From a virus (taxonomy: Duplodnaviria; Caudoviricetes): a DNA stretch of 37,640 nt. Under the pieces are notes generated by a model that searched no databases, was not told the origin of the DNA, and was given only the letters and a program-made list of their open reading frames with translations. Position numbers and translations under genes: made by a program. Numbering within the stretch: the stretch's first letter is position 1; the number at the start of each line of letters is the position of its first letter. Below are positions 7,785-13,920 of the stretch, piece after piece. The DNA lies in IMG/VR virus record IMGVR_UViG_3300032277_000029, positions 1 to 37,640 of that record; one strand, written 5' to 3'.

Positions 7785-7999
7785 TGACCGAAGTAGGGCA
7801 ACGCATCATCAAAGGCGCTCAAGAGGCCCGTGGGATTGCCCGATTTGGCCGCGCCAAGTTCACCACAATCTATCGTGATGTGAACAGGCTCAGGGAGGCT
7901 ATCAGATCACACGATGCCCTTGCCACAGAAGAGGCTTGGGAAAAGGTGGAACGCTGGTTGCCTGCCATTATGGGCGGGGCTATAGATAGGGGGAAATGA
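7781..7999 (+). CDS. Small hypothetical protein, last gene of the + strand early arm
   Basis: GTGA coupling; predicted helical sequence. Confidence 0.7.
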   Translation: MMTEVGQRIIKGAQEARGIARFGRAKFTTIYRDVNRLREAIRSHDALATEEAWEKVERWLPAIMGGAIDRGK

Positions 8000-8124
8000 C
8001 CCGTTTCGCTGGACACGTTCACACGTAATCCTGCAATGAAACACGGCAAATCTGTGTTTGATGTTGTATTGGTTGCGCTGCCAAATGCGCCACGTTTGAC
8101 CGTGGACGTGTCCTGCCAAACGGG
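8000..8124 (+). other. Long branched hairpin (structured RNA, processing or termination element)
   Basis: 8000-8022 pairs with 8102-8124 and 8024-8046 with 8052-8077; the G-U pairs work only on the + strand. Confidence 0.6.
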
Positions 8125-8129
8125 GAATT

Positions 8130-8378
8130 GCTGGGGAAGGTTTGAGCGCGGGCGAAACACTGCCGCATACCCTACTGTGATCACTGCGCCGAGACTCCCG
8201 ACACTCTCAGGTATAACCGCGCTCAGGAGGTGCCACCCCTTGCAAGTAGTCCGGCCCGCTCACGCAGCCTGATAACAAGCGACACCACCAGAAAGCGGTT
8301 TGTTCGGGTTTATTTTGCCTCGCTATCCCGAATGCGGCCTGAGCCTTGCGAGCGGTCCAAGGGAGCTACCCAAGTATC
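8130..8378 (-). ncRNA. Candidate ~250-nt multi-stem non-coding RNA, family unknown
   Basis: Nested stems 8143-8151/8217-8225, 8253-8263/8348-8358, 8237-8242/8358-8363, 8303-8308/8327-8332; most G-U pairs favour the - strand; promoter-like sequence directly upstream. Confidence 0.55.
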
Positions 8379-8384
8379 CCCCAC

Positions 8385-8413
8385 ACCATACACCACAGAA
8401 GCGGGGTTGTGAA
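8385..8413 (-). promoter_or_regulatory. Sigma70-like promoter TTCACA-N17-TATGGT pointing into the structured region
   Basis: -35 at 8413-8408, -10 at 8390-8385, immediately after the last lysis-region stop codon. Confidence 0.55.
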
Positions 8414-8416
8414 TCC

Positions 8417-8626
8417 CTATCCGTCAACGCCGCGCTGGCAAGACACGCTCAGAAACAGCACCATTGCGCCCAAGTCATCGGCAAGTGCTGTCAGCGCCTT
8501 TTTCTGCGGCCTTATGCGGTCACGGCAGGTCATGGGTGCCGGAACGGGTTTCTGCACCTCACGGCGGCACTCAGCATCCAAGCTGGATAGTTGCAGGCAG
8601 ATCGTGGTGACAAGCAGCCACATCAC
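8417..8626 (-). CDS. Small secreted or membrane Cys-containing protein
   Basis: Coupled to the o-spanin stop; hydrophobic N-terminus. Confidence 0.6.
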   Translation of the reverse strand: MMWLLVTTICLQLSSLDAECRREVQKPVPAPMTCRDRIRPQKKALTALADDLGAMVLFLSVSCQRGVDG

Positions 8627-8823
8627 GCGCAGCCCGCGTCATGGCCCCGCACAACGGCTGTACCAGCCTTCCCCACATCATCGGGCGTCAGAGGGTTTGG
8701 AAGGGCGTCAGCAAGCCGCTCAATGGCCCCTGTGAAGTCTGGGCCACAGAATGCGGCGTCACTGGTGCCGATTGCGCAACTCGATACGCCAATCAGGGGC
8801 AGCATCGCTATCTTTGACAGCAT
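8623..8823 (-). CDS. o-spanin-like lipoprotein (Rz1-like)
   Basis: ATG at 8823; lipobox VSSC; overlaps the 3' end of the i-spanin-like gene. Confidence 0.65.
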   Translation of the reverse strand: MLSKIAMLPLIGVSSCAIGTSDAAFCGPDFTGAIERLADALPNPLTPDDVGKAGTAVVRGHDAGCA

Positions 8824-8950
8824 CTGAAATATCCTTTCCACGTTGCAGGGTGTCTTCACGTTGATCTCGCACTGCGTCCTGACCACCCTGCCGATAGATG
8901 ACGAAGGCAATCAGGCTCAGGCCCGCAACGATGGCTATCAGGCGGGTCAT
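8759..8950 (-). CDS. i-spanin-like protein (Rz-like)
   Basis: ATG at 8950; N-terminal TM helix then charged helical region; downstream of endolysin. Confidence 0.65.
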   Translation of the reverse strand: MTRLIAIVAGLSLIAFVIYRQGGQDAVRDQREDTLQRGKDISDAVKDSDAAPDWRIELRNRHQ

Positions 8951-9138
8951 CGCACAAACGCCGATAGCTGCGGTGCCATCTGCTGCGCAAACAACAGCAT
9001 CACAACCATGGTGATGAGGCCAAAAAATGCCCATCGCTTGATCCGGCTGGATTTGGCGTTGATATGAAAGCCGATCACCTCCGCACCGCCAAGACGTAAG
9101 CCAACCGAGAATGTTTCTTCTTCGGGTTCATTCGTCAT
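8947..9138 (-). CDS. Small single-TM membrane protein in the lysis cassette
   Basis: ATGA coupling at both ends; C-terminal hydrophobic helix. Confidence 0.6.
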   Translation of the reverse strand: MTNEPEEETFSVGLRLGGAEVIGFHINAKSSRIKRWAFFGLITMVVMLLFAQQMAPQLSAFVR

Positions 9139-9836
9139 CTGTTGCCCTTTTTCATATCGTCAAGTCTGGCGTAGATGGTCAGCCCAATCCCTGCGATTGC
9201 CAGCGCGACAAACACCCACTTGAGAGTATCGGCGTAATACATCAGCCCACCGACTTCGGATTGCACATCTTTGACCAGATCAAGCGTTGCGGTGCCTGTG
9301 GTTCCGGTCCCTGCCGTTACAGCACCAAGGATGGTGCGAGACTTGGACGGGCCGCGCTCTGGGTCAGGTCGCACTGCTGTTAGGGTTGCAGGCTCAGACA
9401 GGAACAGATCCCGCTCTGCCTCACGCCGCCGCACCAGACCGCGCAGTTTGCGCCCGCCTGCTTTATTGAACCACGTAAGCGCCTCCGCCGCCCCCTCGAA
9501 GTCGCCAGCATTGAAACGCCGCAAGCATGTGGATTTGCCAAATGCGCCTGTGCCGATGTTGTAGGCCAGAGAAAGCATTGCGCCGTACTGGTTGCTTGTG
9601 GGCTTGCGCTTGAACATCGGAATAATCCGCTGCCCGAACTTTTCCAAGCCTTCGATCAGCATCTGTTCGGCCTGATCTTCGGTCCACACGTCACCCGACT
9701 TGACGCCGGGGCCGTAGCCTGCCCGGTTTGTGTAGCCATATCCGATGGTCAACACGCCCACGGGGTCAAGGTAGGATGCAAGTTCCAGCCCCTCGAACTG
9801 CTTTACCAGATCGACGGTTGCTTGATTGAGTTTCAT
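9135..9836 (-). CDS. Endolysin, GH24 phage lysozyme with C-terminal TM segment
   Basis: E-x8-D-x5-T triad (FEGLELASYLDPVGVLTIGYG), LAYNIG, GLVRRREAE. Confidence 0.93.
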   Translation of the reverse strand: MKLNQATVDLVKQFEGLELASYLDPVGVLTIGYGYTNRAGYGPGVKSGDVWTEDQAEQMLIEGLEKFGQRIIPMFKRKPTSNQYGAMLSLAYNIGTGAFGKSTCLRRFNAGDFEGAAEALTWFNKAGGRKLRGLVRRREAERDLFLSEPATLTAVRPDPERGPSKSRTILGAVTAGTGTTGTATLDLVKDVQSEVGGLMYYADTLKWVFVALAIAGIGLTIYARLDDMKKGNR

Positions 9837-9848
9837 GTCTGTCTCCGA

Positions 9849-10313
9849 TTAGTAGATTTCAAAGGGCTGAGAAACGCGGCAAACCCGCTTTGGCGGCAGC
9901 AACCAACCAAAGGCGTCTTTCAGGAAGTCCGGCAGCAAAGCGCGGGCTGGCGCAGCAACGGTCCAGCACGTTTCGGACCAGTAATGCCCTACAGGCAAAT
10001 TCCCGCATCGTTCATCGCCTGCGGACCACCAAACAAGGTCTTTACCCGGCAGAACGCCGCGCCCCGCGTCATATGTGAAAGGCCCGCCCGTTCCCTCACA
10101 AACAACATCATTCCGCTCGTTGCGGGTCACTGTGCTGTAGCTGATGGAGGTTGGCCGCTTGATGTGCCGAAAGAACTCAATCTTTGGTGCCGAACCTTGG
10201 GCCGTGTCTAAAATGCGCCCCGCGCCGGGGTCATACCAAAAGGCCGATGTGGGAAGGGCGGCAAAAGCGAGGTATGGCACAAAAACCAGTGCCGAAAAAA
10301 TGTGTTTCTTCAT
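9849..10313 (-). CDS. Exported or membrane-anchored hypothetical protein
   Basis: ATG at 10313 coupled to the upstream stop; signal-like N-terminus; four Cys. Confidence 0.65.
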   Translation of the reverse strand: MKKHIFSALVFVPYLAFAALPTSAFWYDPGAGRILDTAQGSAPKIEFFRHIKRPTSISYSTVTRNERNDVVCEGTGGPFTYDAGRGVLPGKDLVWWSAGDERCGNLPVGHYWSETCWTVAAPARALLPDFLKDAFGWLLPPKRVCRVSQPFEIY

Positions 10314-10546
10314 TGCTTGAAAAACCCCAACAAACGCTCCCAATTGGCGATGATCGCGCCCAGTGCTACAATGAGATAGAAGGCATATTTGCCCCACCAC
10401 CCCAGAGCATCAAGACGCCTAATGAATGCAAGAACGCGCTGCAAATCCGCAACCTCATTCTCATTGAATATGTGGGGTTCAACCCCGTCTGATTTCTCTA
10501 ATAGACGATCAATCTTTTTCGCCAATTCTTCAATATTTGTCGTCAT
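10310..10546 (-). CDS. Single-TM protein, possible holin
   Basis: Soluble N-terminus with C-terminal TM helix; first gene of the lysis cassette. Confidence 0.55.
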   Translation of the reverse strand: MTTNIEELAKKIDRLLEKSDGVEPHIFNENEVADLQRVLAFIRRLDALGWWGKYAFYLIVALGAIIANWERLLGFFKQ

Positions 10547-10598
10547 AATCGCTTACTGCTTTCAGCTTGCCTCAAGGCTTGCACCCGTGTTGGCTGGT

Positions 10599-11057
10599 TT
10601 AATCACAAAGCCGATAGCCAAATCGGTCGTGGAGTTTGTCAGCCTCTAAACGCTCAAAGCGCAATTTCAGGTGTGCTGCCTTTCGGTAAAACCAAGCCCG
10701 CAACTCCGCGTTGTACTGCTGCGCCATGATTTCTGTTCCGTATGCCTCCCGGCCCAAGCCATACCAATCTGTCGCGCCGTGGAATCCGAGGTCTGCTGTA
10801 TCCCCCAGGCACACATCATTAGCGCCAAGAAACATCGTACAGGCGCTGTCGATCTGCCCGTGAAGTTCAACCGGAATGCCGAGGCGGTTTACCCGTTGCA
10901 GTTCCTCGTAATGCAGCGCCAGACTGCCGCCCATGCACCCGTTGATTACCTTTGGTACGGCGGGTCTGGTATCTGTCGCGGGTGCGCCCGCTGTACCAAG
11001 ACAAGCGGAAAGGGTCGCAACCAAACCGATTGCGACCACCAAGATTGGTGACGTCAT
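10599..11057 (-). CDS. Lipoprotein with ClpP/crotonase-like motifs
   Basis: Lipobox LSAC; GGS...IDSACTMFL...LGFHGA; RBS GAGG. Confidence 0.6.
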   Translation of the reverse strand: MTSPILVVAIGLVATLSACLGTAGAPATDTRPAVPKVINGCMGGSLALHYEELQRVNRLGIPVELHGQIDSACTMFLGANDVCLGDTADLGFHGATDWYGLGREAYGTEIMAQQYNAELRAWFYRKAAHLKLRFERLEADKLHDRFGYRLCD

Positions 11058-11263
11058 AAAAAGCCTCAGATTTTGTAGTTACTCGGCCTCGATCCAGCCG
11101 CCAAACCCGCCTCCTTAAGCGATGGCTCCACCATGGCATCATCACGCATTACATCGGTCCAACCACGGTCCGCCATATGAGCTTTTTTGACCCGCTCAAT
11201 CACAAACGTTGATAATGGGTTTCATGCTTGGCACCTCCGGTGCGCAAAAGACAGTGAAGAGGG

Positions 11264-13261
11264 TCATGCGTTAGCCGATCTTGAGACCTCGACCCACGAC
11301 GCCGATGCACCACGTGACATTAAAGTGAGGGTGCTGCCCGCCGCTGTTGTAAAGTCGCCGTCTAACCGCAAATTTCCGACCCCGGGGGGGGAGTCCACAA
11401 CGACCAAGACGTCCAAAAATTCCAGCGTAACCATCTGATAAGGCTTGCCGGTAATGAACGTGATACTTGTTGTTCCAGATATCTTTACAACAGGTTCATC
11501 GGGAATGGTTATGGATGTTCCTGATGCCACTGTTTCAGGGTCGGGAAAAACTACGTTCTGAGATGCAAGCAATGGAACTTGAAAATCAGGGTTGCCGCTT
11601 GCATTGTTGATCACTCTTGTCGCCGGGGTCGCAACAAGAGCGGCAACAGAATAATCCACCGTCTGGGGGTCAATCACCACATCTTGCGATGTGGTGTCCA
11701 CTGTTATGGCATAAGGGTAAGTGGAAAGGTCTTTCAGTAACCTATTCGGACCAAAACGAACCTGCCGCGCTGTGAGCAATCGAATAGGGGGCAGGCTATT
11801 GCCACCGCCGTATGTCACGTTACCCTCAATAGTGAAGGCACCGCCTGTTAGCTGCATTGCAATCGCGTTGGCTTGATACCCCGTCTTGCCCGTTAATGTA
11901 TCGGGATCGGTGTAGGTGGCCCCCCACCCTTCAATGTCATTCCCGATTATCCGGCAACCCTGCACACCGTTGATAATGATCGCCGCGTTATTCCCCGTCC
12001 CATCAGTGATAGAGTTGCTGGCGATTTCAAAGATAGTGCAGCCGCCGCCCGCGCCGGTCGCGTTGACCCCATTCCCCGCTGATCGAAGTATCCAACTATC
12101 TCGTATTGAGATATCATTGAAAGCCCCGGTTCCCCAATCAAGGTGGACGCCGTGCGATGTTTGTTTCGCGGCGAAGATACGTTCAAATCTCAGGAGATAA
12201 GCGACTGTCCCCGAAAGCTTGATTGCGTTTTCTTTTCCGTGAAATGCGCAATTGGCAACCCGTGAAAGACGCGAACCGGAAGTCAGGTGAATACAGGCAC
12301 CGGTCCCTGTGCCGCGAAAGTTAATTCCCCTCAACTCACGCGCCGTAAAATTCGCCGCCAGTATGTCTAGGTTTGCCGAACCGCCATCAATGACTGTACC
12401 GACATCTGGCATCGCAAAATATTCGGGCAACGCAAATTGATTGTACCAAGTTGATTCACCCACCCACGTGGTAGTGGGGGCGATGGCGGCGCTCCGGCCT
12501 GCCACGCTGTAAACGCCTGCCGGGAATAGCAAGTTCGCCCCTGCGGCCCCCGCCGCCGCATCACCCGCAATAATCGCATCGGTATCGTCTGTGGTGCCAT
12601 CCGCGACAACGCCAAACGCAAGGGCGTTGTATCCATCGGCCTCTGGCACAACATAAAGTTTGACGCCGCCCGCCGTGGTTACATGGTGGTCCGACGCCCC
12701 GGATGCGGCCTCTTTGTAGTTGTGACCATCACGGGTAAGCCATTGCGCATCCTCGCCGCGAACAGATTCCTCTGACGCGAGAAGGGCGGTTGGCGTGTCG
12801 TATGGTTGCCACTTCCGGTAAAGCTTCTGCCCGCCTGCGTTGGTTTCGTCGTGATCCGTTGCGCCGGATGCTGCCGCCTCGAATGTAAATCCTTCAAGGG
12901 TTGTGCGGATATATGCCCCTGTGGTGTAGGTCGCGGTGTCTGCCAAAACCGCTGCTTCATCGTCAAACGGCGTTGGATCATCGGGCCGATCCGCAATGCG
13001 CACGTTGTCGTTTTCGTAAAGTGTATTATCGTCAGCATCGCGGACGCGGATTTTATAAATACCCGGCGCGACAAACGACTGCGCAAATTCCCCCGCCGAA
13101 TTGGCAATAAGGGGCTGTGCCTGCGCCGAGGTCAACGCCCGGTCGCTATAGGTTGTTACCGCCGTGGATGTACCTGCGAGAAACACCGCCAGCTTGCCGC
13201 CAGATACAGGATCGCCGTTTGCGTCCATCGCACGGATAAACGGGTTTAGTAGAGTAGCCAT
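11264..13261 (-). CDS. Tailspike / receptor-binding protein with beta-helix (pectate-lyase-3-like) domain
   Basis: N-terminal virion-binding motif DANGDPVSGGKL; FGVVADGTTDDTDAI...FPAGVY beta-helix start. Confidence 0.88.
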   Translation of the reverse strand: MATLLNPFIRAMDANGDPVSGGKLAVFLAGTSTAVTTYSDRALTSAQAQPLIANSAGEFAQSFVAPGIYKIRVRDADDNTLYENDNVRIADRPDDPTPFDDEAAVLADTATYTTGAYIRTTLEGFTFEAAASGATDHDETNAGGQKLYRKWQPYDTPTALLASEESVRGEDAQWLTRDGHNYKEAASGASDHHVTTAGGVKLYVVPEADGYNALAFGVVADGTTDDTDAIIAGDAAAGAAGANLLFPAGVYSVAGRSAAIAPTTTWVGESTWYNQFALPEYFAMPDVGTVIDGGSANLDILAANFTARELRGINFRGTGTGACIHLTSGSRLSRVANCAFHGKENAIKLSGTVAYLLRFERIFAAKQTSHGVHLDWGTGAFNDISIRDSWILRSAGNGVNATGAGGGCTIFEIASNSITDGTGNNAAIIINGVQGCRIIGNDIEGWGATYTDPDTLTGKTGYQANAIAMQLTGGAFTIEGNVTYGGGNSLPPIRLLTARQVRFGPNRLLKDLSTYPYAITVDTTSQDVVIDPQTVDYSVAALVATPATRVINNASGNPDFQVPLLASQNVVFPDPETVASGTSITIPDEPVVKISGTTSITFITGKPYQMVTLEFLDVLVVVDSPPGVGNLRLDGDFTTAAGSTLTLMSRGASASWVEVSRSANA

Positions 13262-13298
13262 GCGGCCCCCCTTTCAATAATGTTGAATGTGGTGTGAG

Positions 13299-13910
13299 TT
13301 AGCCCGTGAACGCGTTGCGGAGCCAAGGTGGGGCGTTGTCGCCTTTGCCGCCCGCGCCCCAAACAGCTTCCTTGCCGAACCCAATATGCATCCGGCCCGC
13401 TCCCATGTAATCGTTACCTGCGCCGATACCTGTGATGCCATTTGCACGGGACCGCCTGACAATCTCTTGAAAAATCGGCACATCTTGCGGATTATTCCAA
13501 TCGAGCTTTCGGCCATTCATGTAAAAATCAGCGTCAGCCGCCTCGCCGTGGTCGTGTCGCGTTGATCCCGTGCGTCTGTGGCCGTGGCCTTTGGCGTCTT
13601 GCCCGCCAGAGATAACACGCATTTCAACGCCCAACTCTGGAAGGAACGAAAGCGCGGAAACCAACCTGTCCGATAGCGGTTTATCCCTGATCGCGCCCGT
13701 ATTGCTGTATTTCAACCAATCACCGTGAGACTGTCCCGCGTGGATAGCGTGATCATGCCCACCCGCCAGCGCATTGCCCGCCGCGACTGTCGGCCCGCCG
13801 TGGCTTGCAAGCGCCTTAAACACGTTTGATGGCTCTTCCCGCTTCGCTGGCGCAAAGACGTTTAGACCGTTCATATATGCTTTGGCTGGATCTGCTAGGA
13901 TTTGGCGCAT
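13299..13910 (-). CDS. Putative virion-associated peptidoglycan peptidase (LAS/M15-like)
   Basis: SG...R...RHDHGEAAD (H-x6-D) and GIG...MHIG; located after the ejection genes. Confidence 0.6.
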   Translation of the reverse strand: MRQILADPAKAYMNGLNVFAPAKREEPSNVFKALASHGGPTVAAGNALAGGHDHAIHAGQSHGDWLKYSNTGAIRDKPLSDRLVSALSFLPELGVEMRVISGGQDAKGHGHRRTGSTRHDHGEAADADFYMNGRKLDWNNPQDVPIFQEIVRRSRANGITGIGAGNDYMGAGRMHIGFGKEAVWGAGGKGDNAPPWLRNAFTG

Positions 13911-13920
13911 TGGGAGAACC

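Noticed and set aside
8188-8256. Group I intron core (GAGACT...TAGTCC resembling the P7 elements on the + strand)
   Set aside because: Only a 4-bp match, no identifiable P3/P4/P6 or interrupted exon, and the promoter and most G-U pairs favour the opposite strand
8000-8416. attP or dif-like integration site
   Set aside because: The position fits, but I see no integrase, tRNA-end duplication or XerC/XerD-like 28-bp site
8036-8735. + strand ORFs 8036-8272, 8230-8412, 8300-8590 and 8346-8735
   Set aside because: No clear RBS, uninformative composition, and overlap with strong secondary structure or - strand lysis genes
11264-13261. Diversity-generating retroelement or invertible tail-fibre system
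   Set aside because: No reverse transcriptase, invertase or template/variable repeat pair was seen
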